Under the pieces are notes generated by a model, which saw nothing but the letters and a program-made list of their open reading frames with translations, was not told the DNA's origin and ran no database searches. 64,000 nt of DNA from Octopus vulgaris (Eukaryota), in assembly GCA_951406725.2 (NCBI GenBank), contig OX597816.1:168144001-168208000 (forward strand). Direction: 5' to 3'. The translations under genes and the position numbers were made by a program. Shown one piece after another: positions 1-12,625 of the stretch (positions are counted from its first letter, which is position 1; each line of letters begins with the position of its first letter).

Positions 1-570
1 TCTGTACATTATTCTGAGCTCTGTGAATACATGCATCAGCCACTTGAATTATTTCCCTTAGCTCACATTTTACATCAATGTACAAATTGCAAGTTGATAA
101 AATATCAAGTCTTACAGTCTTAAAGCATACATCACCAAAAAACAATTCTTATGGGTTAGTAGGTTATGAGATTTCCATTCATTTGCCCCAATCTTTTATT
201 GCACAACAGTGTATCCCTTTCAGTGATATATCATCTTGAAACAAAATATAGCAATTAATTTATCTTTTCTATCTAAAGACACACTAACATAAGGTTAATG
301 TGAATACCTTCTACGTTATGTGTCATCACCCTCCGTATAATTGGATACTGTAATTTTGGTTATTGATACTTAACAGGAAAAAATTTATACACACAGACAC
401 TTAAAATATTTACTTGACACGGTGTGCTTAGATTAAATTTCTAAATAGAGCTACATCATGTGCTTAATATAGAATTTTTAACCTCTGTGTGAAAAATATA
501 CCACAAGACTTTCAACAGTTATGGATAAAGAATGATTTGGTTAATATGCAAGAGAAATGTTATATATATA

Positions 571-1820
571 CAGCGGTTGGATAAAATAATGGAAACATCT
601 TAAAATTCCAAACAAATTTATTTTAATATGGAGTAGGACTGCCTTTGGCAGTAATTACAGCTTGAATTCTATGAAATATGGACTCGTACAAAGTTTGAAT
701 TGTTTCCAAAGGAATTTTTTGTCCATTCTTCAGCTAAAACAGTCTCCAGTTCTTGTAGTGATGATGGTGGAGGATATCGACTCCTTACTTGTTTTTCTAA
801 AATAAACCATAAATGTTCAATAATATTGAGATCTGGAGACTGTAGTGACCAGATAAGATGTTCAACTTCACTAGAATGTTCCTTGTGCCATTCCGTAACA
901 ACTTTATCTGTGTGAATTGGTGCATTATCATCCTAAAAGATTGTGTTTCTCTCTGAAAACAGTTCCGCAACCTTATAATAAATTTGATCAGATAAAATGC
1001 TTAAATAGTCTTGACTATTACTTCTGCCACAATGGGAAACTACTGGGCCAGTGGATTTCCAAGATATAGCCCCCACCCTCCCAGATCATCACAGATCCTC
1101 CTCCATGTTTGATAGTTGGAAGAAGGCAGTCTGGGTCAAATGCTTCTTTTGCTTGTCTCCACAAATATACTCGGCTGGTGTTGGAAATAGGGTAAAGGGT
1201 GACTTATTTGAGAAACAACATTCTTTCACTGCTCTAGAGACCAATTCTGTAGGTTTTTACTCCACTCTAAACACTTTGCAACGTTTGTTTTTGAAAGTAG
1301 TGGTTTTCTGATTACAACCCTCCCATGAAATCTAGCTCTGTGCAGCTCCCGGCAAACAGGTTTTGTGGAAACTGGGTTTTTGAGGTGGTCATTAAGCTCT
1401 ACAGTAACTTTGGGAGCTGTACTTTTGTGATCCTTTCTAACAATTAATGTAAGAGTCTGACAGTCTCAATCTGAAAGTTATGGTTTTCTTCTGGAATTTT
1501 GTTTTGAAAAACTGTCATTACTTTCAAGACAGTACTTCTTGATATACCAAACATTTCGGCTGATTTTATTATGCTAGCACCTGCCATATGAGCACCAACA
1601 ATTTGAGCTCTTTGAAAGTCCAATAGATCTGTCATTTTAACGAATTTTAATTACCTTTTTCTGACAATATCTGAAAAGAAACAGCAATTTTAGCAAAACA
1701 TATTAAGCAACACTAATAAGTCAAAAAACATAAAAATAAACAAGCTTTTGACGGTTTTATAGATATTCAAAATTATGATGCTATGATGCTACGTGTTTCC
1801 ATTATTTTGTCCAACCCCTG
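571..1820 (-). mobile_element. Tc1-like DNA transposon, full length but frameshifted
   Basis: TIRs CAGCGGTTGGATAAAATAATGGAAACA / TGTTTCCATTATTTTGTCCAACCCCTG with TA flanks. N-terminal HTH 'MTDLLDFQRAQIVGAHMAGASIIKSAEMFGISRSTV' at 1444-1635. Same family as 19060-20304. Confidence 0.93.
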
Positions 1821-1990
1821 TATATAGGTTTGGTGATACAAACACCAAAACAGAATTCAGAACATCAGTATATATATTTTATTATTAATCAGGAAAAGTT
1901 ACAGAGTAACTCAAAGGCTGAGAGTTCCATTGCTAATGCATAACATTTTCAGCCCTGCCGATTTTTAATAATAAAATACATATATGCATG

Positions 1991-3035
1991 CAGTGTGTTA
2001 AGGTGAAATCTGACAATTTGCATAAAAGGAAACACAATATCCCATCCCAAAATAAAGTATTTTAAAAATATCACTCAGTTTCCAGCATGGCTTCAAGACA
2101 GCTCCAGAACCTGGTACGTGCATTCCTCATTGTGTGTCCCTGGGAAGATCTTCAAACTCTTCTTTGATCTTAGCCTTGATGTTACTGGCAGAATGGTTTG
2201 TGTCTTTCTCAGCTGCACCTCACACATAGAAGTTCACGGGATTACAATTGGTGGGATTAAGAGGTCAGAAACTGGGGCTGGAGAAGTCATAGAAATTCTC
2301 CGATGACACTTCTGATTCTTTCAGGAGGTCTGGCAAAGATCCAAATCCTGCTGCCTTACATGTGGCCTTCCAACAGCAATCCTCTCCAACCGGGATTTGA
2401 TCACAGTCTCCAGCAGCTTCACAAGCCATCCAAGAATTTGGACTGGAGATCTCCATTTCCACTGGCTTCGAGGATCACCTCCCAGTGGTGTCGGGCGTCA
2501 ATGAAGAGGCCTCGACTACAACAAGAAGTTCAAAGTTTTCTTTTTTTTCCAAGGTCTGGGGTCTCCCGCCCTGAAGCCCTAGACCATCACCTAATCACCC
2601 TTACCCATCTTGTTGCTTAACAACAACAACAACAACAGCAGCAGCAGCAGCTTCACAAAGCCTTCTGAATTGAACTTAAGGTCCTGTTCAAATGTGTAGA
2701 ATGGCATGATGTCACCCTCACTAGAGACCACCCAAAGACCATCACAGTCTTGCTGGCCATAGCTTCATAGTCTCTACTGCAGCTGTCCATGTCATGTCAT
2801 GTCATACAGCCTTTACAGTGTTCAGAGAGTCATGATGTCAGCATTTTGATATCTGGTGTGAATCATCACGATACAGGTAATTCTTTTCCAGTCCTTCATG
2901 TTGGCTAACTTTTTCTCAACTACAACTTTTTCTTTATGCTCCCTAAAGCCATTGACTGCTTACCAATACATGAAACAGTCCCCCCCCCAAAAAAAAAGGA
3001 GACATAAAATCATCAAATTTAGCCAAAACACCCTG
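1991..3035 (-). mobile_element. Degenerate Tc1/mariner-superfamily transposon remnant (maT/DD37D-like)
   Basis: Imperfect TIRs CAGTGTGTTAAGGTGAAATCTGAC / ATCAAATTTAGCCAAAACACCCTG. Minus-strand 'SENFYDFSSPSF*PLNPTNCNP' resembles the WPPNSPD(C/L)NP motif. Confidence 0.6.
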
Positions 3036-3057
3036 TGTATATATAATATATATTTCG

Positions 3058-3486
3058 GGATCTTTTCGGTTTGAACGGCAGTTTTTTCTAGCGGTATCAT
3101 GAAATTGCCACCCATAATTATGACCCTAGAATCGATCTATTGCATTTCAGTCTCTTTTATGGTTAGGGTTAGTTAGGGTTAGGGTTAGGGGTGGGGGAAG
3201 GGTATCTTTTTTTTTCACAAATGTAAATAAACCCAATCTGTTTCTTAAACGAGGGACATATTCATACGGCACAGAATGTTTTTTTAACTCAATGGACGTC
3301 ATCGACTGGTTGAAATTGCAGAAATTGAAGAAAAAAAACAACAAATATCTTACAAACTATAGAATTTTCTCAATAAAGCCAAGAGAAAAAGATTTTTTAT
3401 AAACACATTCTACCAGTATACAAAGTTTAAAATTTTTTTAGTTACCTAGAAATTATGATAAAAACTGCCGTTCAAACCGAAGATCT
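3058..3486. mobile_element. MITE family A (GGATCTTTTCGGTTTGAACGGCAG TIR, internal TTAGGG repeats)
   Basis: TIRs at both ends. Degenerate 8-bp TSD (atatttcg/agatttca). Opposite orientation to the copies at 44382, 51202 and 52401. Confidence 0.9.
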
Positions 3487-3719
3487 AGATTTCATGTGTG
3501 TGTGTGCGCGCGCACGTGTATGGCATGACTAAAACATTAAAAATTTAAAACAATTCTATAGACTTTCTCAAAAGTGTTACATATCAGTAGAAAGGGTTGT
3601 TACTGAATTCTTGTGCACTTAGTCTATTTTCCTAAACAGACTTGTAAAGAATAAATTCTCTGTCGACCTTGATGGCAAATATTACCACTTTTTATTATTA
3701 AAAGATCCAACCTTGCCAC

Positions 3720-4010
3720 ATGGGCAAGGAAAGGAAAGTGGTAGCACAGACAGTTTCCTGGGAGGCAAACATCAAAGATGCTTTTCTCAGGGAAGACAGA
3801 AAATACAGTAAGCTGGTTGAACTCTGTGTAAACAATGGATGGAAAGCAAACTGCCTTCCTCTAGAGATAGGTTTTAGAGGATTGGTTGGAATCGGGATTC
3901 ACTCAGTGCTCAGAAATCTTGGACTAGCTGCAAAGGTGACGAAAGATGTTGCAGAAATTTATCAGAAGCTTCTGAGAAAGCAAGCCTTTATATCTATCCC
4001 AAGAGAGAGA
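3720..4010 (+). mobile_element. Non-LTR retrotransposon remnant, restriction-like endonuclease C-terminus (HERO/NeSL-like)
   Basis: 'TVSWEANIKDAFLREDRKYSKLVELCVNNGWKANCLPLEIGFRGLVG' matches the LTVPWE..K..KY..L..GW..C.P.EVG.RG pattern of RLE-type LINEs. Confidence 0.75.
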
Positions 4011-4269
4011 ACAAGTAGAGTAGCAAGAATAAACATTGAGGATGGTCAAAAGATGAGGCCTTGGATCACAACGTCTGATTCAACAAAGCGTGTGCTGTTC
4101 TGTGGGAGAACTGTTACCTACTTCAGTGGGTGGTCCCAGGCAGCTTTGGTATTGAGGCAGAAGGGGCTAAAACGCTGACAGAGCTGAAGTACATTAACCT
4201 CCTCAGTACACAAGAGTTTACCCTAAAGATTACAGGCAAATTAAGTTATTGAAGTATTCATGTTGCATT

Positions 4270-4810
4270 AAGAGTGAATATTTCTTTATAAACAATGTTT
4301 TTTTGGTTTATTTCAGGATGCATAAGCAAAAAGATTTGTTTTTGCTCCCACATGTGATGCTCCTACACAACGTTGGCCATGTGGAGTGAATATTTCTTTA
4401 TAAATAATGTTTTTTTGTTTTAATGCAGTTCCTAATAAGTTTGTGCACAATTAATGTTGTACCATAGCATAATTTTTGTTGAGACAAATTATGCAGCTCC
4501 AACATAAAGTTAGACATGTGAAAAGCAAGGTTGTTCAAGTTGCAATCCAGCAACTTTTAGTGATTGGCAAAAGGAAGTGGGATAGGGAAGTGTAACGGGT
4601 TAAATTGGAATGGGACATTAGATGGTATAACTGGTATGTGACCAATGAAGACGGTGTCACCTTTACCACAACCAGTGAAAATATTTGCCTCAATGCAGAT
4701 CCTCCTAAGTTTGTACACAATTAGTGTTGTACCTTTGCATAATTTTTGTTGAGACAAATTACGGAATAGCATAATAGCTTCCCCTGAACAAGGTACTTTC
4801 ATTTTGCATT
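4270..4810 (-). mobile_element. Helitron PIF1-helicase C-terminal remnant with internal duplications
   Basis: 'IMLFRNLSQQKLCKGTTLIV...IEANIFTGCGKGDTVFIGHIPVIPSNVPFQF..HFPI.L.FA' is typical Helitron Hel domain. A duplicated segment lies at about 4435-4500. Confidence 0.85.
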
Positions 4811-4852
4811 TTGCTAGACAAACAAACAAACAAATAAGCAGACAGAATCTCT

Positions 4853-4906
<54 letters not shown>

Positions 4907-5154
4907 ACATATATGTTAGCAACATATCATGAACAAATAAAAAGTGCAAGTTCCTGAATTTACATAGATCTTCATTTTTTCACTCAGGCTACTTTAAAAG
5001 CCATGTGCCAATAAGAGAGTCTCTGAGTGGTCATTAAACCTACAAGAATAGTGGCTATGTCTCTTTGCAGTTATAACTTATTCCTTTCCAAAAGGACATA
5101 TATTATCCAAAAGGAAATTTCAAGTTAATTCTAATCAAATATTTTTATTTCAAA

Positions 5155-5552
5155 CTAGCAGTATTGCCCGGCGTTGCTTGGGTTTGTAAGGGAAATAACT
5201 ATATAAGCATTTTTAGAGAGTTATAGCTCAAAAATAGCAAAAAAATGCATTAAAAATGGAAAAAAATTATGGTAATTTTTTTTTTTAATCGTTGACTCAT
5301 CGTAGACATTTTTAGAGAGTTACTTCCCTTATATAATAGCGAAAGAAATGCATTAAAATGGAAAAAAATGATGGTAAATTTTTTTTTAAATCGTAGACTC
5401 ATCATAGACGTGCGCTAATACCCAGAAGGGCTCGATATGAATCACGACTATAATATACCTGGTTTTGGTTAAACTGCACTGCAAAATATGGGAGTAGTTA
5501 GGAATCTAAATCGTAGGAGACAGACACACAACTTCACTTTTATATATAAAGA
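5155..5552 (-). mobile_element. Non-autonomous Helitron-like element
   Basis: Minus strand starts TCTTTATATATAAAAG and ends with a CCCAAGCAACGCCGGG hairpin plus CTAG. Homologous to 37676-38067. Confidence 0.85.
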
Positions 5553-6058
5553 CAAGCAGTATCGCCCGGCGTTGCTCGGGTTTGTAAGGGAAATAACTAT
5601 ATAAGCATTTTTAGAGAGTTACTTCCCTTATAAATTCGGGCTTTCTTAGCCATTTTTGTTTTGGTGTCTTCAAGCCATGAAGTCGTTGTTCTAAAAGAAC
5701 GCTGGTTTCCTTCACAACGCATTACGACGTTGATTTCTTTACACTCCCTTCCCCACAGCTTCACGAGGGAGGGAAGGGGGAGAAGCAAACAGGTGCAGCT
5801 GTGAGCGTGGACGCCAACTTCGCCGCCATCAACATACGATGCATTTTATGCATTAAAATGGAATAAAAAATGATGTTAAATTATTTTTAAAATCGTAGAC
5901 TCATCGTTGACGCGCGCTAATAGTCAGACGGGCTCGATATGAATCCCGACTATAAGATACCCGAATTTGGTTAAACTGCACCGCAAAATGTGGGAGGAGT
6001 TAGGAATCTAAATCGAAGGGGACAGACACTCACACAACTAGAGTTTTATATATATAGA
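5553..6058 (-). mobile_element. Non-autonomous Helitron-like element (subfamily variant) abutting the previous copy
   Basis: Same 5' TC..ATATATAAAA start and 3' hairpin, with a different internal segment. Directly adjacent to 5155-5552. Confidence 0.8.
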
Positions 6059-6975
6059 TATAGTACTACCTGGTGGTTGATTCCCTTTTTGAAATTTGAA
6101 ATTAAATTTTATAATTTTTATTTATTTATTTAGATTTAAGTGTTACATTTCTTTACTAGTTCCAGCTATTTGCTATGGTATTACCATCAAGTTCTCTAAA
6201 TTTGACTATTTGCTTAACATATTTCTCTTATTTCTTCTTTTGATTGAAAAGAAACCTATACTTCCTTTGAAGTAATGAAGGCATATTCTATACCTGATCT
6301 TGGAACCCACCCCATAGCAATCAAATTTGTATCTCTATGATTTAATCTTTTCTCTATAGTTTAGGTTCTAAGAAATAGTGGCTCCTCACTATTTTTTATA
6401 TTTTTTATATGTGTGTGTGTATGCATGTGTATATTCTTTAATTACACATTCATGAAATGCAGAGAAGACACATGCATTTATAAATTTTTTTAGTTAAAAT
6501 TCTCATCAGATATAAATGGTTCTAATTTATCATAGAAGCAACAGAGGCTTCACCACCAAAAGGTCAAGCAAGAAAATATTATTAAACAATAGTACAGAAA
6601 TATTTGATTCTTTGAGTGGAATATCTCAGCAGAGCTGTAATTTGATTCTTTGCTGAAACACAAGCAAAAGCCTTTAGATGCTAAAGAAAGTAGTAAATTT
6701 CTTAGAAAATTTATTGGTTAAATCTGATGTTTCAGCTAAAAATAGATTTTGGAGAACTGTGAGAAAAATCTTTAGCATATGAAGCAAAGTGCTTTTTTCA
6801 ATAAAACCAGAGGGCTGACTTAAAAATTTTTATTATCTTCATACTACACTTGATCAGGTATATGTTTCACAAGGAAGAAATTTAAAGATTACAGACCCAA
6901 GTTTAGAAAAATACATGTGATCAGCAATTGGTAGGTTGTGATTCCAATTCTGACTGGGATGAGTCAGTAGCTCAG

Positions 6976-7096
6976 ATTATTATTATTATCATTATTATCA
7001 TTATTATTATTATTATCATTATTATTATTATCATTATTATTATTATTATCATTATTATTATTATTATTATTATCATCATCATTATTATTATTATTA

Positions 7097-7143
<47 letters not shown>

Positions 7144-7160
7144 GTTATTATTATTGTTAT
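6976..7160. repeat. (ATT)n/(ATC)n microsatellite
   Basis: Direct reading. Gives the spurious poly-I/poly-N ORFs. Confidence 0.97.
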
Positions 7161-7480
7161 CTTTTTTTTCCTCTTCTTTCAAATTTGCTTTCATTTCTTG
7201 CCGAGTGTCTTCCCGACTCCTAGGGCAAAGAAACTCATAGTATACATTGGTAGACCATTAAACTAAACTAACTAGTTCGTTCATTTTTTTTTTTTCTTAA
7301 GTTAAATTAAAATACATGGGTAGTAATAGTTCTCACATCGACAATGCTATTCTCAATACGTGTGATGTACCAGTTAAGACAATCTTTTGCACTTCTTGCA
7401 GGGATGGTAAGCCAGGGATCATTCTCATATAATTTTCGGTTCCCTTCTTGATCATTCTTAGTGCTCCTACGATCACATGC
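7161..7480 (-). mobile_element. R4/Dong-like non-LTR retrotransposon 3' end (RLE C-terminus plus 3' UTR) between (TAA)n arrays
   Basis: Minus-strand 'VIVGALRMIKKGTENYMRMIPGLPSLQEVQKIVLTGTSHVLRIALSM*'. The 3' end runs into the (TAA)n tract. Confidence 0.75.
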
Positions 7481-7535
7481 TCATTGAAATTGAGAAAATT
7501 TTAGCTTCTCAAGGCGGTTGTTATTATTATTATTA

Positions 7536-7587
<52 letters not shown>

Positions 7588-7639
7588 GGTGTTGAGCTTG
7601 TATAACCCACAAACCTAGGTCAGCATAGTTTGATGCTAT

Positions 7640-7822
7640 GTTTTAAAAAGCACCCACTACACTCACGGAGTGGTTGGCGTTAGGAAGGGCATCCAGCCGT
7701 AGAAACACTGCCAGATTTGACTGGGCCTGATGAAGCCTTCTGGCTTCACAGACCCCAGTAGAACCGTCCAACCCATGCTAGCATGGAAAACGGACGCTAA
7801 ACGACGATGATGATGATGATGA
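7640..7822 (+). mobile_element. Retroposon 3' tail (RTE-LINE-related SINE family; CCATGCTAGCATGG..(GAT)n)
   Basis: Recurrent motif TTGGCGTTAGGAAGGGCATCCAGC...CATGCTAGCATGGAAAACGGACG(C/T)TAAACGATGATG, seen in about 9 copies in the window. Confidence 0.85.
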
Positions 7823-7849
7823 TAGTAAATTTTGCTCCCAAGAATCATT

Positions 7850-8130
7850 CTTCACCTTCCTTATCATTTAGCCAGCTATCTATTGCTTTTGTAAATGTTT
7901 ACCATTCAGATCCATATATCAATATTTTGCAGAATAGAGCATCTCTAAAAATCTGTATTTAGTAGATTTATTTCCTATATAGTGGGCATATTCTTGGTTG
8001 TTGACCATTCCAGTTCTAGTTCAATTCTTACTTTAACATCTCTCTTTCAGCTTTCTATTAATGACCCTAGATATCTGAAGCCATTTTTTAAATTCTTCCT
8101 TTGGTTAATAGAATACCATAAAAATCTGAT
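7850..8130 (-). mobile_element. Degenerate LINE RT C-terminal fragment (RTE-like)
   Basis: Minus-strand 'FRYLGSLIES*KRDVKVRI' matches the F(K/R)YLGS motif. Multiple stops. Confidence 0.55.
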
Positions 8131-8997
8131 ATTAGTCAATTATTATGTACTGTACTTGAATTATAGAAAGCTTTTAAAATCCTGCAATTGATAAGAATAA
8201 TATTTTTAAAAAGCTGCAGCAGAATTTAGATAAAATACTATTCAGTGCATAAATTACATGCAAACTTTGCAGTTGACAGCAGACCCCAAAAGGATAGAAT
8301 TTGCAGTTTTTAGTTACAGCCATTAGTTGTTCATCTTGTGTTCTCTACAGAAAATTTTGAACTTTATACACCAGATCCTTTCATATTGTGATTAAATGTG
8401 TTATGCAATATTTGACATTACAGCCAAATTTTATTAGTTTCTGTAAGGAACACATGCTTTTTATAGATATAGTACTAACATTTCGATAGATGTTACATAT
8501 TTTGTAAAACAATGACAATTAGGGACACCTTTTGTCAGAAGCCATAATATGTTACTGTATTCGATAAGCAATTTGAATTGTAAATATAGTTTTAAAAGAT
8601 GTTTATATTGCTAATGTTAATCTCCCATTGTCTTTGAATGATTATATTCATATGAACATGACATGTGACAATGCAATTTCTTAAACATACCCATAAAATT
8701 GTTTGGGTTATTTAATTAATAAAGTGTTAGACAATAAGCTTAGTCAAGCTGAATACAATCATAAAACAATGAAGGCATTGATTTCGCCAGTTTATTGCTG
8801 AGATATTTCATTGCTATTATATAAAAATGGCACATCTTGCTACTATGACAACAGTAACCTATTATTCTCAAGAAATCACAAATTTCATAAACTTTGAAGA
8901 CAAAAGTAGTTCTGAAAATAAATATAACTCTTCTCAGCGAAAACATTAGAACAACACTTTAAATATGAGTGCATGTGTGTGTCTGTGTATACACACA

Positions 8998-9061
<64 letters not shown>

Positions 9062-9589
9062 ACATACATGCAATATGTACTCTTGTATATTTACTTTATA
9101 TTAGAAACAAGCTTCCAGATATAAAGTCAGTTTGATAAGAGCTATGCAAGAAACTCAAGTTACTTTCTGGTCAACAAAAATTATAAAATAGTATATTTAT
9201 TCATCTACTGAATTCTATTTCTCCTATTTGAAGTATCAAATATATAATTAATACATACATACAGAGTTTGATAAGTGCATGCTACTTATCACATTGACTT
9301 CAAATCTGAAAGTTTGTTTCTAATACATAAAAAAACAAGTTTCTACATTTGAAGTCAATATGAACCATTTTTGCCTTATATATATTTTTCAAATAGTCTG
9401 GCTATTAAACAGAATGAGGTCTTGAGATGAGATAGAATGCAGTAAAGGAAATGCATATGCATATGCATACACAAACATGCATCACACACATATAGCATGA
9501 CATTCAGGTCTACATATGCATCAATTTGCACATATGAACAAGTATCAATGTAGAAATATACATGAGTTTCATGTAAATAGAATTAGAAT

Positions 9590-9860
9590 TACTGTAAAAA
9601 CCCATGTAATTTGCACACCTGTGTAATTTACGCAGGCGATTTTCAGGATGAAAATTATTAAAGAAAGGCTTCTGCTCACGTAAAATTTGTGCCCAAAAGT
9701 TTTCAGAATTGCCGATATGGCCAGGGGAAAAAGGTTTTCAATTTAGTTGTGTTTAGCATAATTTCACTTACTTATGATTAAATTTTATTAAATTTTTATT
9801 AAATAAAAATAATTTCTGTTTAACAGGTATCACATTGAAAGCTATTAGATTAAAAAGTGT
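9590..9860. mobile_element. Left part of a pogo/Tigger-like non-autonomous element (resumes at about 10760-10900)
   Basis: Similar to 28556-28820. The segment 10760-10900 matches 28830-28966. Confidence 0.7.
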
Positions 9861-10380
9861 GTTGCCTATATAAATGAAATCGGTTTTGCGGGACTGACAT
9901 GTGTCAGTTCATTTTACTCACTCGGTATAGCTTCCTTCTCTTCCCTTATGAGACTGACAATGTCAGTCTGCTTTAGCCATTTAGTTTACCCCTCCTCCTC
10001 CCTCAATCTTAGCATTCCAATAATAAAAATAAATAAATGAAAAATATAACACTGATTGTGTGTGTGTGTGTGTGTGTGTGTCTGTGTGTATATAACTATA
10101 TGAGACTTTGTGTTTAAATGTGTTTGTGTATGTACACATAACTGTATGAGATTGTGCATGTTTGTATGTGTACATAACTGTATGAGACTGTGTGTGTTTG
10201 TGTGTACGTGCATACATGTAGCTGTATGAGAGTGCGTTTGCATGTCTCTGCATAAATGGAAATAACCAAAGTATTATTTTACAAATTGTGAGCATGCATA
10301 TATGATATAATGAAGGAAATAGTTGTATACAATGCTCAGGTGCACGACTACTAAAAGAAAAAAACATCAAGTGTACTACT

Positions 10381-10530
10381 GTCAGATTTCAGGAAGCATT
10401 GAAGTTTCGAAGGATGTAGTGTCTTGACAACTAACAACTGATGCAGGTAGTTTATTCCATGCTTTAGCATTTCTGAGTGTGAAAAACTGTTTCTGAAAAT
10501 CATAGGTGTTGTGTTGTTTTTTGATTTTAT
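10381..10530 (-). mobile_element. CR1/L2-type LINE 3' end fragment
   Basis: 'KQFFTLRNAKAWNKLPASVVSCQDTTSFETSM' is the FF..R....WN.LP motif. Confidence 0.75.
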
Positions 10531-10534
10531 AAGC

Positions 10535-10683
10535 AGGCATTAGGAAGGGCATCCAACCATAGAAACATTGCCAGATCAGACTGGGCCTGGTGCAGCCTTC
10601 TGGCTTCCCAGACCCCAGTTGAACCGTCCAACCCATGCCAGCATGGAAAGCGAACGCTAAACGATGATGATGATGATGATGAT
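10535..10683 (+). mobile_element. Retroposon 3' tail (RTE-related SINE family)
   Basis: Same motif as 7640, with (GAT)n tail. Confidence 0.85.
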
Positions 10684-10904
10684 GAAGCATATGCATGAGT
10701 GTTTGTCATATAGAATTCAAAAAGGTACCCAAGGTTTTGTTGGAAAGATGGAGGATAATCTTGTTTGTAATAAACTTTATTTTACATTTCTTGCCCTCGA
10801 GAGATTATGTCCGATCTTTAGCATACTGCTGTATGTCTTCTCAAACCACGATCACAGGAAAAGTTGTTGATAAAAATTATCAACAAAAACAAAGCTGATA
10901 TATA

Positions 10905-11875
10905 GCCATCAACAACTTCTATTCCTCAACATCCTCATTAAGAAATCCAACAAAACAGAAACAGACGTATACCATAAGCCCACAGACTCCAACCAATATC
11001 TCCTGTTCAATTCACACCACCCCAGATACACTAGAATGAATATTCCTTTCAACCTGGCAAAAAGGATTTGTGCTGTAGTAACTGATACAAGCACCAGGGA
11101 CACATGACTACATGAACCAAAGCATACACTCATCATCAGGAACTACCCACCATTACTAACTGATATAGGTTTTCAACGTGCTCTACAACCCAACATCCAC
11201 AAACTCAGACATCCCAAAGTAAAGAAAGATTTAAAACCAAAAGCCCCTACAATACATATCCACACACAACCCCCTAAACGTTGAAGCCTCAACACCATCC
11301 TCCAGAACATTCCTTTACTAAAAAGGGACCACAGAATGAATCAAATCCTCCAAACACACACCATCATAAAGAGCAAAAGACAACCCAAGTCAATGAAGAA
11401 TCTTCAGGAACAAGCCCAAGTACACTTGTCAACAACGTTGAAACTGTCAGTAAAAAGATGCAGTGGTATATGCGTCAACCTAATTGAGGGATCGGAATTT
11501 TCATTCAAACAGGGTCAATATTTTACAGTGAGAAACAACTTCACATGTGCTTCGGAAAATATAATATATGTGTTAACTTGCTCAGGGTGTTGAGAGCAAT
11601 ACATAGGCCAAACCAAAAACAGTCTATGCCAAAGAATAACCATACAAAAATTCCAGATGAAAATTCGGGAATACAGAAAAATAGCATTAAGCAAACACAT
11701 TGACATTTGCACTACTAACAAACAACCCCACTTCAGAATGTTTCCCCTCTATAAATTCAGGGAAAATGCAACCTATAATCAGTGCATTAGTAAAGAATCA
11801 TATTTTATTCTAACATATAAACCCCTTTTGAATGCTTCCACCATAGATGTCATTACAACAAGGATCTTAGAATAA
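10905..11875 (+). mobile_element. Penelope-like element: RT C-terminus plus GIY-YIG endonuclease (disrupted)
   Basis: 'TDVYHKPTDSNQYLLFNSHHP..NIPFNLAKRICAVV' and 'FTCASENIIYVLTCSGC*EQYIGQTKNSLCQRI..ALSKHID..KESYFILTYKPLLN'. Confidence 0.9.
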
Positions 11876-12329
11876 TACCCATGCAAATATTAAAAATGAT
11901 ATATTTAGAACTATCACTACCCAAGAATTTATTTAGAATTCCAATCATTACTGCTACAACCACAACAGGTCACTTTTAGGTCACTTGACCATTAAAGAAG
12001 ATTCCAAGAACAGTCTACTACTGTCATACCACTCGTACCTTTTTTCTTTCTTTTTCTTTCTCTTCTTTTCCTACTCCTTATTTCTCCTTCTTCTTCTTCT
12101 TTGCTGTCTCTTTCCGTGGCTGCTGCTGCTGCTTAAACAATCAAAATACAGAACCAGCATTCCTCTGCACCCTTATTAACTATTCCTTCAGATCTGCTAT
12201 TACCTACCAGGCCTTCACAAAACTAAAAGAGAGAGACACAGAAAAAACAAAAATCTCCTATGTTTTTTGAAGACTATGGAAATATTTTAAAGAAGCATTT
12301 CATTTAATTTTTTTTCAATTCAGTCAAAA

Positions 12330-12625
12330 AGACTGAATCCAGTACTAAAATGTTCTTCATGATATATAATTTCTACATGGAAAAGGCCTGACAGAAAAAG
12401 AAACAGACTACATCACGAACTTTAAATGTAAACCCAGGCATTTTTACCGCCTCCCTAAAATACACAAGAGCAAGATAATCAATGAAGCCTGCAAACAATC
12501 ACCAGGCAAATATATAAATATCCAAACGCCAGAAGACTTGACTTTAAGATCCATTGTAGCTGGGCAGGCCTGTGAAACCCATCACCTAAGCAATTTTCTA
12601 GACATCCTACTGAAACCCCTGCTCA
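12330..12625 (+). mobile_element. Penelope-like element RT N-terminal fragment
   Basis: 'HFYRLPKIHKSKIINEAC..TLRSIVAGQACETHHLSNFLDILLKPL' matches the FY.LPKIHK...RPIVA motif. Confidence 0.85.

Noticed and set aside
3160-3195. TTAGGG repeats as a telomere or fusion site
   Set aside because: Internal part of MITE family A, present in every copy.
6480-6860. Protein-like plus-strand stretch ending at a CAG|GTATAT donor
   Set aside because: Interrupted by stops, with no recognisable motif.
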